Shown here piece after piece: positions 1 through 9,321 of a DNA stretch of 64,000 bases (its first letter is position 1; every line of letters begins with the position of its first letter). The stretch spans positions 394,730 through 458,729 of the IMG/VR virus record IMGVR_UViG_3300028920_000022; one strand, 5' to 3'. Made by a program: the position numbers and the translations under genes. The notes under the pieces were generated by a model, which was not told the origin of the DNA, did no database searches, and was given only the letters and a program-made list of their open reading frames with translations.

Positions 1-22
1 AATTTTATATATTTGTTTTATA

Positions 23-415
23 TTGTTTGCGTTATGGACAGATAATGAAAAATTTATATTTGGTACGTTAGTTATTAGTACGATATTAATAATGATAGCG
101 TGGATATTTCACGGGGGTGGCACGGGATATGATAATGTCGCCAGATTGTTAGCGGGAGTAGTGATTTGGGTAACTGGGCTATTGTCAATTCAAAGAAAGC
201 AGGTGGAAAACCGACTAAAGATGTTAAACGAAACATTAGAGCTTAGAGTAATGGCTAGAACCGCGGCATCAGAAGAAAAGTCTCGCCGATTAGAATTGCA
301 GATTAAAGCCCTACAAGGTATTCGACATGCTGGGACAAAGAATTCATTATCTCAATTAGATGAAATTATCCACAATTTGCAGGAAATTAGCAAACTTGAG
401 GCTTTTGATGAGTAA
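23..415 (+). CDS. Membrane protein, probably 5'-partial; 2 TM helices plus sensor-kinase-like coiled coil
   Basis: Frame is open to the window edge; hydrophobic segments followed by LNETLELRVMART coil; no kinase domain. Confidence 0.6.
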   Translation: MFALWTDNEKFIFGTLVISTILIMIAWIFHGGGTGYDNVARLLAGVVIWVTGLLSIQRKQVENRLKMLNETLELRVMARTAASEEKSRRLELQIKALQGIRHAGTKNSLSQLDEIIHNLQEISKLEAFDE

Positions 416-815
416 TAGTAGTACACCACCATATAGTAATGGAATTACTTTGAGATTTCTTGCTGATCAATTTGCGCGCGGTTTTCAAGAATTACGTGAT
501 GCTGTAAATAATATACAAACCCAGGTTCAAGCTGGTGCTATAGATATGGCAGGAGTAAAAGCTGAGATATCTAACATGCAAGACAAAGTTGATGAATTAC
601 AGGTTTTAGTGCGTGGTTCTAATGATAGCTCGCTTACTTCAAAACTTCATACAATTGAAAAAGAATTGAAACTTATTAATGAATGGGTAATCAATCAGAA
701 AGCAATAAAATCTGAAAGTAGTAAAAATAAATTAGCTATCAAGGTTGCGGTAATAACTGGTAGTTTTGCTTTGTTGGCACAAATAGTAATGCAAATTATT
801 CATTGGTTTAATTGA
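408..815 (+). CDS. Coiled-coil protein with C-terminal TM helix
   Basis: ATG at 408 overlaps the end of the previous ORF; heptad-rich middle; hydrophobic C-terminus. Confidence 0.6.
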   Translation: MSNSSTPPYSNGITLRFLADQFARGFQELRDAVNNIQTQVQAGAIDMAGVKAEISNMQDKVDELQVLVRGSNDSSLTSKLHTIEKELKLINEWVINQKAIKSESSKNKLAIKVAVITGSFALLAQIVMQIIHWFN

Positions 816-874
816 TTGGTGTTGTCGAGTGGCGTAAAAATGATTAACCATTAATAGTGGATGGGCGTTTTTCC

Positions 875-903
875 TTGACATGGGAGCTTCGTTCGGCTAG
901 CGT
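875..903 (+). promoter_or_regulatory. Sigma70-like promoter upstream of ncRNA copy 1
   Basis: TTGACA(875-880)-17 nt-TAGCGT(898-903). Confidence 0.5.
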
Positions 904-910
904 AGGTGGT

Positions 911-967
911 GTAACGCGAGGTTGATCTTTCATCTGCATTTTGTGGGTCTTCCGATTATTTCGTTAC
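911..967 (+). ncRNA. Structured ncRNA motif, copy 1 (unknown family)
   Basis: GTAACG/CGTTAC outer stem, GGTTGATC/GGTCTTCC inner stem, conserved GATCTTTCATC. Confidence 0.6.
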
Positions 968-977
968 ATTTTCTTTT

Positions 978-1055
978 TGTGCATGGTGAGACTTGAACTT
1001 ACAAATCCTCGGAAGATAGCGGTTTTTTAGACCGCCGTGTTTTCGCCATGTACAC
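978..1055 (-). pseudogene. Degenerate tRNA-Leu(TAA)
   Basis: GCGGT-CTAAAAA-ACCGC anticodon arm, long variable arm, GTTCAAGT T-loop; D-loop largely deleted, acceptor and T stems mismatched. Confidence 0.6.
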
Positions 1056-1067
1056 ATTTCCAAACAC

Positions 1068-1241
1068 ATGATTTCTCAACACATGATTTCTCAACTAAAA
1101 CACTGGGGTTATTTTTCACTAGGAACAACGTTATTTTTGATACCATTTATTTTAATGCTAAGACCACCGTGGTATCTTAATGCGATGATGATGGTTGGTT
1201 TGGTAATGGTAATCCAAAGTACTAAGGTTGGAGAGAAGTAA
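1068..1241 (+). CDS. Small membrane protein (57 aa; not in ORF track)
   Basis: MISQHMISQLKHWGYFSLGTTLFLIPFILML...; two hydrophobic stretches; 15-bp tandem duplication at the start. Confidence 0.5.
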   Translation: MISQHMISQLKHWGYFSLGTTLFLIPFILMLRPPWYLNAMMMVGLVMVIQSTKVGEK

Positions 1242-1270
1242 TTTCTACGCATATTTAGGATTCAGATTTG

Positions 1271-1331
1271 GGACGCGAGATTAGATCTTTCATCATTCAT
1301 AGATATTTCGGGTCTAGTCGTTTTTTCGTCC
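1271..1331 (+). ncRNA. Structured ncRNA motif, copy 2
   Basis: GGACG/CGTCC and GATTAGATC/GGTCTAGTC stems, compensatory relative to copies 1 and 3. Confidence 0.6.
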
Positions 1332-1425
1332 ATTTTGCGTTGTTCGTCTAAGTTAAGACATCCTTGTTAGAGCTTCTAAGCTATTACACAGGAAGATAGA
1401 GTATCGAATCTCTGCGACGCGCTAG

Positions 1426-1489
1426 GTAACGCGAAGTTAGATCTTTCATCATTTTCCAAGGTAAACGGGTCTAACTGTTTTTTCGTTAC
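1426..1489 (+). ncRNA. Structured ncRNA motif, copy 3
   Basis: GTAACG/CGTTAC and AGTTAGATC/GGTCTAACT stems, conserved TTTCATC loop. Confidence 0.6.
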
Positions 1490-1560
1490 ACTAATTTGAC
1501 CCCTTTAAGACCATAAAAGGTTTGTTTTCGAAATACATTTAGACACAACATATCTTTTTA

Positions 1561-1592
1561 AAAGGCATGCCCTTTAAGGGTGTGCTTTTTTT
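1561..1592 (+). terminator. Rho-independent terminator
   Basis: AAGGCATGCCCT-TTA-AGGGTGTGCTTT hairpin followed by a T-run. Confidence 0.7.
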
Positions 1593-1596
1593 GTAT

Positions 1597-1682
1597 TGCG
1601 GGAATGTAGCAAAGGCGGCTAGCCAGTCTCATAAGCTGGCGTCCATTGATCGCGAAGGGTTCGATTCCCTCTCCCGCAACCA
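1597..1682 (+). tRNA. tRNA-Met(CAT) with enlarged variable region and encoded CCA
   Basis: TGCGGGA/TCCCGCA acceptor, CCAGT-CTCATAA-GCTGG anticodon arm, GGTTCGATTCC T-arm, ACCA end. Confidence 0.85.
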
Positions 1683-1684
1683 GC

Positions 1685-1713
1685 TTGACATCGGGCATTA
1701 TTTTTAGTATCAT
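1685..1713 (+). promoter_or_regulatory. Near-consensus sigma70 promoter for the PARP operon
   Basis: TTGACA(1685-1690)-17 nt-TATCAT(1708-1713); ATG at 1740. Confidence 0.75.
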
Positions 1714-1739
1714 GGACCATCTTCTAAGGTGGTTATTTT

Positions 1740-3146
1740 ATGGGAAAATTGAAGGTGTGGAAAGTTGGCGCAGCTGGAGAACCCAGTTTTCCTGCCAATT
1801 TTGAGGTGGCTAAAAAAGCCGTTCTCCAAGTTACAGATATTAAAACAAATCGTAATAAGTATTATGCCATAGAACTACACTCTGCTGGCAATAAATATAG
1901 AGTGTTTACTCATTATGGTCGAACAGATGATCTGGACACGAATCCTAATGCTGGGGTGCGCGAGGTTCGTTACGGCAACTTGTCTGAATGTGAAGCAACC
2001 TATCATCAGATATATAGTCAAAAAACTAGCGCAAGAAAAGGATATAAGGAACTTAGCTTAGCATCTTCGCGTATTGGTTCGTCTCAATCGGTTGGTAAAT
2101 CTAGCGGACATGTTGATGACAAAACGCTTGAAAAACTAAACAACGGTAACAAGAAAGTGATAAAAAACAAAGTTTCTACACTTTCTCCCGTTGTACAAGA
2201 TTTTGTTTCTTATATTTATGCTGAAGCCACTAATGCCCTAACTAGCACAATTAATGCCAGCATTACCGCTAATGGTATCGAAACGCCTCTTGGTGTTTTG
2301 ACACTGGGTCAGATTGATAAGGGGCAAAAGATTTTGGATGAGCTTTATGATTTATTCAATTCAAAAAAGAGCCAATCAATACGTGACCATATGGTAGAAC
2401 TGAGTGGTGAGTTTTATACAGTAATTCCTCACAGAATAGGCAGAACTAGGGCTGCTGTAGAAGCTGCTGTTATTGATAGTTTAGTAGATTTTAATGCTAA
2501 GCAAGACACATTACAACTTATGCGAGACATGTTAAGTGTTTCGGGTAAAGACTCCCAGGTACTTATTAACCCTGAAATTGATAAGAAATATAATGCTTTG
2601 GGTTGCGAAATTAAAACTGTAGATAATAAAAAGTATCAAGAATTGAAGGATTATGTAGAGAAATCACAAATAAAAACCAGAAATATTAAAGTAAAGAATA
2701 TATATTCATTATGCAGACCAGAAGAACAAAAGGTTTTTGCTGATAATATTTCAAATAAACGATTACTTTTTCACGGTTCTAGGGCAAAAAACTGGGTAGG
2801 TATTCTTTCCCGTGGTTTGTTGCTTCCTAAGATTGTGGTTAGCTTGGGTGTAAACCGAACTGACGCAGGTTGGCTTGGAAATGGTATTTATTTCGGAGAT
2901 GCTGTTTGCACTACATTATACTACACGTCTCCTGGAAGGCAGAGAAACACCCGGATGATGGCGATAGCGAATGTAGCATTAGGAAAGATGAAGGATTTTA
3001 ATAGAATTACGTATGGATTAAAAGGACCACCCGCTGGATATCATAGTTGTCATGGTGTACGTGGAACCTCATTTGCAGATGATGAATATGTAATTTATGA
3101 CCAGAAACAGCAGAAACTTGAGTATTTAGTGGAGTATGTGTCATGA
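1740..3146 (+). CDS. Poly(ADP-ribose) polymerase-family protein (WGR + regulatory + catalytic domains)
   Basis: WGR-like NKYY.IELH...HYGR; helical regulatory domain (FYTVIPH); catalytic LLFHGS, GNGIYF, DEYVIYD (H-Y-E). Confidence 0.9.
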   Translation: MGKLKVWKVGAAGEPSFPANFEVAKKAVLQVTDIKTNRNKYYAIELHSAGNKYRVFTHYGRTDDLDTNPNAGVREVRYGNLSECEATYHQIYSQKTSARKGYKELSLASSRIGSSQSVGKSSGHVDDKTLEKLNNGNKKVIKNKVSTLSPVVQDFVSYIYAEATNALTSTINASITANGIETPLGVLTLGQIDKGQKILDELYDLFNSKKSQSIRDHMVELSGEFYTVIPHRIGRTRAAVEAAVIDSLVDFNAKQDTLQLMRDMLSVSGKDSQVLINPEIDKKYNALGCEIKTVDNKKYQELKDYVEKSQIKTRNIKVKNIYSLCRPEEQKVFADNISNKRLLFHGSRAKNWVGILSRGLLLPKIVVSLGVNRTDAGWLGNGIYFGDAVCTTLYYTSPGRQRNTRMMAIANVALGKMKDFNRITYGLKGPPAGYHSCHGVRGTSFADDEYVIYDQKQQKLEYLVEYVS

Positions 3147-3373
3147 GAACATCAGAACGTTTTAAAAATGCCCTTGTTGATTTTCCGGATATAGACGGTA
3201 TTCCCATCACATTTACACGTGACGAGCTGCGCATAATGCTGATGTTATGCCAGTCTGTAGAACAATTGTGTAACGAGGCGGAATCGTACATAGACATTGG
3301 GTTTGATACGGACAATGAATCGGTTCGTTTACGGGAAGCTGTGCGTATTGTTCGAGAAACATTGTATGAATAA
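3143..3373 (+). CDS. Hypothetical protein
   Basis: ATGA overlap with the PARP stop. Confidence 0.6.
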   Translation: MRTSERFKNALVDFPDIDGIPITFTRDELRIMLMLCQSVEQLCNEAESYIDIGFDTDNESVRLREAVRIVRETLYE

Positions 3374-3397
3374 TTGATTCAAAGGGGAAGAGCTGCT

Positions 3398-3670
3398 ATG
3401 ATTAAGTTCACACAATATTTGCGACCGAACGGAATTAAACAAGCGGTAGAAATCAAAAGACCCAAAGCTGTTGAAGAAATGGCGGATAAGATTATAGAAG
3501 CCGGAGGAGAGTTTGAGGTAGAGGTTTTAAGCACCGGTACAATTTCGTTGGAGGTGGTGCGGGAAAAAGATGGAGATATGGAAACGTTGTCTGCAGAAAT
3601 TTGTGACAATGGTCCTGCTGTTTTGATTGCCGTAGACAAACTGGTAAAAGCGGCTTTTGATGCTTGTTAA
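3398..3670 (+). CDS. Hypothetical phage protein
   Basis: GGGG SD-like site before ATG 3398; operon context. Confidence 0.6.
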   Translation: MIKFTQYLRPNGIKQAVEIKRPKAVEEMADKIIEAGGEFEVEVLSTGTISLEVVREKDGDMETLSAEICDNGPAVLIAVDKLVKAAFDAC

Positions 3671-3682
3671 GTTAGACGGGTT

Positions 3683-4309
3683 GTGGAGGAGTACATCATG
3701 AGTGCTGATTTTTCAAAATGCTGGTTCAATACTTGGGAAATAGAAGGATACATTAAATCACGCCCATGGCGTGATTGTTGGGGAAACCACCAACCAAACT
3801 TCAATTGTTTCTTTAGAAATAGTTGTGGCAAATTATTTCCAATGAACGATGCTGTTAAAGATGTCATGTCGTCCCACGCTCGTGAAATATTGAGCAGGCA
3901 TCCACAGGTTCAGTTGTCAGAGTTTTTGGCAAGATTAGAAGATTCAAACAATTACATCTCTTTGCGGGATGGAATACTAGAATGGAAACGTCAATGTTTT
4001 GAGGAATATAAAAAATCTTTGGAACAAGAAGAATGTTACATCAAACATGCCCTGAAATATGGATATGATAAAGTTTTAGAATTGCCCATAGAAGATCAGG
4101 AATCGATAGATTTTACAGAAGGATCTGTGTTGTTGGAAGATGGCAAATTCTCTACCACCTTTCGCGATCATAATGGTGATATTTTTATCATAAGTGGCGA
4201 CACTGAGTTACCTCTTTCGATTAAAGAAGAATTTTTGAGCACCTATAATGGGCTAGGATCTGCCCAATATTCAGAAAACAGCGAGAAGCCCGAAGATGAT
4301 CAAAGATGA
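3683..4309 (+). CDS. Hypothetical protein
   Basis: Long ORF; GGAGGAG SD before ATG 3698. Confidence 0.65.
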   Translation: MEEYIMSADFSKCWFNTWEIEGYIKSRPWRDCWGNHQPNFNCFFRNSCGKLFPMNDAVKDVMSSHAREILSRHPQVQLSEFLARLEDSNNYISLRDGILEWKRQCFEEYKKSLEQEECYIKHALKYGYDKVLELPIEDQESIDFTEGSVLLEDGKFSTTFRDHNGDIFIISGDTELPLSIKEEFLSTYNGLGSAQYSENSEKPEDDQR

Positions 4310-4331
4310 TCAAAGCAGCTTTTGATGCGAT

Positions 4332-4574
4332 ATGAGAAATCACAGTTTCATTCGGGTGGAAACACCACAAAGTTACTCCGCTCACAAAACAGCACAGTAT
4401 TATAGATGTCAAAGATGTAATTTATTAATGTATGACACTGGCATTTCTCGTTACGTTTCTTGTCTGCATGATACTGGCATTATGCCAACGCCGCTTATGT
4501 CGCCAGACACAATAGACTGTGAAATGCAAGAAATAATATGGAAAGAAGAAATTATTAAGGACATAATAGAATGA
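4332..4574 (+). CDS. Small Cys protein, IKDIIE C-terminal tag family
   Basis: YYRCQRC motif; ends IIKDIIE; paralog of the next ORF. Confidence 0.65.
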   Translation: MRNHSFIRVETPQSYSAHKTAQYYRCQRCNLLMYDTGISRYVSCLHDTGIMPTPLMSPDTIDCEMQEIIWKEEIIKDIIE

Positions 4575-4819
4575 AACTTGGCACCCACGATTTTGTTGAA
4601 ATATGCGAACCTATAAATAGTCCAATTTTTAACGCAGAATGTCAATATTATCGATGTATACGATGTAATCTTTTGATTTATAAAAGTAAGCTTTATCATC
4701 CGGGAGAGTGTGTTACATCATTGGTAGAGAGTAGTAGAACAGTCTCACCAGATAGTATCAACTGTGCCGAACAAGAGAAAAAGTTTCGGTTACAATCGAT
4801 TAAGGACATAATAGAATGA
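4571..4819 (+). CDS. Small Cys protein, IKDIIE family
   Basis: YYRCIRC motif; ends SIKDIIE; ATGA coupling. Confidence 0.65.
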   Translation: MKLGTHDFVEICEPINSPIFNAECQYYRCIRCNLLIYKSKLYHPGECVTSLVESSRTVSPDSINCAEQEKKFRLQSIKDIIE

Positions 4820-5013
4820 ATCGAATGCACACCTGTGCTGAATGTGGAAATCTGTTATTAATTAGCAAAGGCCCAGACAGAACAAGAACAAACCGAGGAA
4901 AAACCATAATTTTACCTAACGATTTTGAATACGAATATTGCCCCAACTGCAAGGCTGAATGGATGACAGCAACACAAATTAACGATCTAAGCGATTTGTT
5001 TGATGGTAAATAA
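4816..5013 (+). CDS. YgiT/MqsA-type zinc-finger protein (orphan)
   Basis: CAEC...IILPNDFEYEYCPNCKAEWMT pattern; no HTH. Confidence 0.55.
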   Translation: MNRMHTCAECGNLLLISKGPDRTRTNRGKTIILPNDFEYEYCPNCKAEWMTATQINDLSDLFDGK

Positions 5014-5470
5014 TAATACAACCCGCGAGTTCGGAACCATTGTTGGGACTTTGTTTGGTAAGGAACCAGAACGTGGGTTTCTGGTGTGTTCAATAGATAT
5101 TGAATTCGACAGCGGAGGAAGACAAACATTTTGTTTTGGCGTGCCAGATCTGAAATTTATTCCTATTCTGCGTAGAGAAATATGTGGTATGTTTGGGGTT
5201 ACGAAAGAGAAAGCGCTGCTAAATCAAAAATGTTATGCTTTGAGATGTTTCCCTGGTAGAACTGAAATAATAGAAGGTATCGCCACAGAATCTGGCGCAA
5301 AGTTTACACGTGTAGGTTGGGCTAAGAGAATGGGGCTGGAACAGGAAACAGTAATACAAGAAAAGTATACTGAGTACCAAAAATTAAAACAGTACCATCG
5401 TAAATGCCTAGATGAAATTGAAGACAAGATGACCAAAATAATGTTTGAATACGTAGATTGGGAAAAATAA
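5000..5470 (+). CDS. Hypothetical protein
   Basis: ORF in operon. Confidence 0.6.
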   Translation: MMVNNNTTREFGTIVGTLFGKEPERGFLVCSIDIEFDSGGRQTFCFGVPDLKFIPILRREICGMFGVTKEKALLNQKCYALRCFPGRTEIIEGIATESGAKFTRVGWAKRMGLEQETVIQEKYTEYQKLKQYHRKCLDEIEDKMTKIMFEYVDWEK

Positions 5471-6132
5471 TGGGCGGAGAACTGTTTTTAGGAATCAAAC
5501 GCGCAGACGGCAGAGAACAATGTTCTTTGCGTTGGACGAATATTATTCCTTATTTTTTTGCACATCCCGAAATGTATGAGGAAGGAGCTATGTTTGAGGA
5601 GTTGTGGGATAGACCTAGCCCCAATAATAGTTGGCCACAATCTGTTTTAGTTACAAAAATAGTGCCGTCTGAATATGGTGCAATTTTCTATGATGGTGTC
5701 AACAAAAAGATTTTATCACTACAAGATTATTGCTCGATTGGATTATATTCGGTATCATTGCTGACGGAAGATAGTTACGATTTGTTTGGTGTTCTACTAA
5801 AAGAAGGTAGAATTAATGGCTCAAAAGTTTTGGGAAACCATAGTTTCGAAGATGTTGACAAGAATACCACCATTTCTGAGGTTCAACGGTGGATTAAGGA
5901 ACGTCTTGATTATCCTGTTCAGTATTGCCAATTGGAAATTGACACCAGACCGTTTGATGTGGTACATAGGGGAGTATCTGCAGCACACAAATGGGGATAT
6001 GTTCTAAACTGGCTGAAAGAAAATAATTGGAAAAGTTCGGCTTTGTCTCTAGACGAAGTGTGGGATCAGAAAGATATGCTTGAACATTATGACGACAAAC
6101 AGTCATATACAAAACAATCTATGGAGTTGTAA
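5470..6132 (+). CDS. Hypothetical protein
   Basis: TAATG coupling with the previous ORF. Confidence 0.6.
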   Translation: MGGELFLGIKRADGREQCSLRWTNIIPYFFAHPEMYEEGAMFEELWDRPSPNNSWPQSVLVTKIVPSEYGAIFYDGVNKKILSLQDYCSIGLYSVSLLTEDSYDLFGVLLKEGRINGSKVLGNHSFEDVDKNTTISEVQRWIKERLDYPVQYCQLEIDTRPFDVVHRGVSAAHKWGYVLNWLKENNWKSSALSLDEVWDQKDMLEHYDDKQSYTKQSMEL

Positions 6133-6134
6133 AA

Positions 6135-7277
6135 ATGATTAAATCTATGTTTGATGATGATCTTTACAAGTTCACAATGCAACAGATTATTTTGCATTTC
6201 TATGGAGACAAGAAAGCCGAATATAGATTTAAAAATCGTGGGAACACCAAGTTTAATGACAAGTTTGCTGATAGACTTCAGGATGAGATAGAGAACCTTT
6301 CTCTGTTGGTTCCCGACAAATATGAACTAGAAGAGTTTGCGAAGATTCCGTTTATTAGAGGAGATTATGTAGAGTACTTATCAAGGTATCGTTATGATCC
6401 ACGGCAGGTACAGTTTTCTTTGCGAGATGGAGATTTAGATCTTCGTATAAAGGGTCCATGGCATTCCGCTATATTGTGGGAAGTCAAACTGATGGCGCTA
6501 ATTAGTGAGATTTATTTTGCCCAACATAAAGCTACCTGGACAATGGATGGTCAAAAAGAAAAGCTTGATCGAAAAGCTCTTCTTTTAGAGGCGGTAGATG
6601 CTAAGTATGCCGATTTTGGTACTCGTCGCAGGCGTAGTTTTGAGGTTCAAGATTTGGTGGTAAGAAACCTTGTCAACAAACATGGGTTCCTGGGTACATC
6701 AAATGTACATTTAGCCATTAAACATGGTGTTTCCGCCGTGGGCACTATGGCTCACGAATGGGTTCAGGGTGTATCGGTAGCTGAGGATTTATTGCATGCT
6801 AATGGTATTATGATGGACAGATGGAATTCTTTTTATCAGGGACAGTTGGGTGTTGCTTTAACTGATACATTTACCACTCCGCACTTTTTATACAACAGTT
6901 TTGATGCCAAGCGCGCTGCTGCATTTTCTGGAGTTAGACAAGATTCGGGCGATCCGTTTTGGTTTGCGAATCAGGTGATAAATCGATACCTACAACTAGG
7001 AATTAACCCCAAAACCAAAACCATTATTTTTAGCGATAGTTTAGATGCCAAAACTGCCGCCAAACTACAGATCCATTGTGATGGAAAGATTAACTGTGCT
7101 TTTGGCATTGGCACCAATCTAACTAATGATTTTGACAATTTGAAACCAATTAATATGGTGATCAAGTTGTGGTCAATTGACGGAATTCCGGTAGTAAAGT
7201 TGTCAGATAATGCTGGCAAAAACAATGGCGATCTATGGATGCTTGGGGTTGCGAAGAGGGTGTTTGGGGTATCATGA
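6135..7277 (+). CDS. pncB: Nicotinate phosphoribosyltransferase
   Basis: DDDLYKFTMQQ, ADFGTRRR, GTSNV, GTMAHEW, ALTDTF, GVRQDSGDP, IIFSDSL, FGIGTNLT, VKLSD..GK motifs. Confidence 0.95.
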   Translation: MIKSMFDDDLYKFTMQQIILHFYGDKKAEYRFKNRGNTKFNDKFADRLQDEIENLSLLVPDKYELEEFAKIPFIRGDYVEYLSRYRYDPRQVQFSLRDGDLDLRIKGPWHSAILWEVKLMALISEIYFAQHKATWTMDGQKEKLDRKALLLEAVDAKYADFGTRRRRSFEVQDLVVRNLVNKHGFLGTSNVHLAIKHGVSAVGTMAHEWVQGVSVAEDLLHANGIMMDRWNSFYQGQLGVALTDTFTTPHFLYNSFDAKRAAAFSGVRQDSGDPFWFANQVINRYLQLGINPKTKTIIFSDSLDAKTAAKLQIHCDGKINCAFGIGTNLTNDFDNLKPINMVIKLWSIDGIPVVKLSDNAGKNNGDLWMLGVAKRVFGVS

Positions 7278-7525
7278 GTACAGAAAAAAAGATACGTAAG
7301 GTGCTCCGAAAAATCAAAACTGCTGATAATGTTTTGCAATCTGAAACCGATTGGGAGTTCAAATATAACATAATTTTTGGAATGGGCATCGTTGATGATT
7401 TGAACAATATAGGAATTCAACTTAATTATTACGATCCTGACACAACCTACGAGGAAGATGTGAGAGCATTTGTAGAAGCGTTGAATTGCATTAGTGGCGA
7501 TCTTGAAAAAGCGTTAATGTTATGA
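7274..7525 (+). CDS. Hypothetical protein
   Basis: ATGA overlap with the pncB stop. Confidence 0.6.
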   Translation: MSTEKKIRKVLRKIKTADNVLQSETDWEFKYNIIFGMGIVDDLNNIGIQLNYYDPDTTYEEDVRAFVEALNCISGDLEKALML

Positions 7526-7779
7526 TTACCATATTTGAAGCAATCATGTTATTAATAATGTTCCTGATTATTATAGGGGTGTATTTCGAAAAAAATATTC
7601 CTCGTTTAACGCAAGGTTCTACAATATTGATTGCGTTTAGTGTTTATGGCATTCTATGTGTTTTGGATTGGGTCGTATATGGTAGGAGTTCTTTAGTTTC
7701 ATATGTTGCTGTTTGTATTGGAATAATAATTTCCATAAAGCGAATGAGGTTTGAAAAGAAATGGCAAAAAACGAAATAG
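7522..7779 (+). CDS. Small membrane protein
   Basis: Three hydrophobic segments. Confidence 0.6.
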   Translation: MITIFEAIMLLIMFLIIIGVYFEKNIPRLTQGSTILIAFSVYGILCVLDWVVYGRSSLVSYVAVCIGIIISIKRMRFEKKWQKTK

Positions 7780-8291
7780 ACAATATGACCTCCGCCCAGC
7801 TATATGAGTTGGCAGAAAAAAAGAAAAAGGAAGAAGAATCCAGTTTTCTAATTGAACTGATGCGTAGTGAATCAAAATTCAAGAAAAGCATAGAAGACAA
7901 GGTTCCAGCAAACACCTTATCATCGTTAGTCAAAACGTATAATACTGTTGTGGAAGGAGTTTCGTGGGATCAAGACGTTGTACTTAGAGTTACCGTTTCT
8001 ACTAGTTTCTGGGCGGCTGTTAATGTTTCGTTAGAAAATAATTTATATTTTGAGTGGGAATGGTACAACTTAGAAGAAGTTGTCAATAAACAGTTAAATG
8101 AATGCGGAAAAAATAACAAAAAATTTCGTGATCTTACTAAGCGCATAGATGGTTTGAAAACAAAAATAAAAGAATGTGCCAAAAAGTACAAAGTGAAAGA
8201 AAAAGATTTGAAAAAATATTTAGAAAACTGTCGCAAAAAACCGCCTCCAACTTTCGAGTTAAATCAGCTTCCTCCAGGTACAACACTTTAG
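7761..8291 (+). CDS. Hypothetical Lys-rich coiled-coil protein
   Basis: ORF in operon. Confidence 0.6.
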   Translation: MAKNEIDNMTSAQLYELAEKKKKEEESSFLIELMRSESKFKKSIEDKVPANTLSSLVKTYNTVVEGVSWDQDVVLRVTVSTSFWAAVNVSLENNLYFEWEWYNLEEVVNKQLNECGKNNKKFRDLTKRIDGLKTKIKECAKKYKVKEKDLKKYLENCRKKPPPTFELNQLPPGTTL

Positions 8292-8304
8292 GAAAAAAAA
8301 TACT

Positions 8305-9321
8305 ATGTCAAAGCGAAATCTGGTTAAGTCTCGTGTTCGTGGAGCTATTTTGGGAACCGCAATTGGAGACGCCCTAGGTGCTCCATTTGAAATGATGGAA
8401 AAAGAACAAATACATAACCTATTGCCGGTTCCGTGGACATGGGGACAACAGCAGAAGGGTATAGTGTTTTCCGAAAACTTTGCTCATCCAAATCTAGGAA
8501 TCGGTCAATGGACCGATGATACTCAATTAATGCGCACTATTTTGTGGTCGATTATTGACGATCATGCCATTGATCCATATGGTATTGCTAAATATACCAG
8601 TGAGGTTTTTGAGAAAGAACAGCTTCGAGGATGGAGCAAATCCGTAATTTCTGCAGCAAAACGACTTTCTCGTGGGGTTCCGTGGTACGATTCTGCCAAC
8701 GAATCCATCGGTATTGGCAACGGTATCGCCATGAAAGCTGCTCCTTTGGGTATTTACCTGGCTAAATACCTGAAAAACGATTACAACTATTCTACCCATG
8801 AGTTTGGCGCCAACCTTAGACATGCCATTGTGTCTATTGTTGGTGTAGGACAAATTACCCACCATGAGCTGGGAATCATGGGTGGCGTAATGCAAAGTGT
8901 CTTAGTTGGTCTTTCGTTCAATAATGTCAAGAACAAGAAGTTGATTCTTAAGGTTCTGGGCAATATTGAAAAGGAATTTTCTGGTGCCACACGGTTTACA
9001 GATAAGCTAAGAATTGCGCTAAAATACAATAGTATTGCGGATGTGGCTGATAATATTGGAACAGACAGCAAGGCAGACAAATCCTGGGTAACTGCAGCTG
9101 CTGTTTTTCTCAACACCAAGAGGCGCAGTGATGCTGCAAAACGCATGATGGAGCTAATCTGCCAGGGCGGCGATTGTGATACTACCGGAGCAATGTTCGG
9201 AGCCTTAGCTGGAGCCCGTTGGGGAATTTCTGCTTTTCCCACGAATCTCAGGAAAGAAGTCGAGGCAAGCAAGGAACTGTTAAAGTTAGCAGATGGTTTG
9301 TATGGAGTGGTTTCTACTTGA
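8305..9321 (+). CDS. ADP-ribosylglycohydrolase (DraG/ARH family)
   Basis: GAILGTAIGDALG, GQWTDDT, GNGIAM, GGDCDTTGAMFGALAGA motifs. Confidence 0.93.
   Translation: MSKRNLVKSRVRGAILGTAIGDALGAPFEMMEKEQIHNLLPVPWTWGQQQKGIVFSENFAHPNLGIGQWTDDTQLMRTILWSIIDDHAIDPYGIAKYTSEVFEKEQLRGWSKSVISAAKRLSRGVPWYDSANESIGIGNGIAMKAAPLGIYLAKYLKNDYNYSTHEFGANLRHAIVSIVGVGQITHHELGIMGGVMQSVLVGLSFNNVKNKKLILKVLGNIEKEFSGATRFTDKLRIALKYNSIADVADNIGTDSKADKSWVTAAAVFLNTKRRSDAAKRMMELICQGGDCDTTGAMFGALAGARWGISAFPTNLRKEVEASKELLKLADGLYGVVST

Noticed and set aside
911-1489. CRISPR array or hammerhead ribozyme
   Set aside because: Spacing is irregular (~300 and ~95 nt), the repeats covary structurally, there are no cas genes, and there is no CUGAUGA core on either strand.
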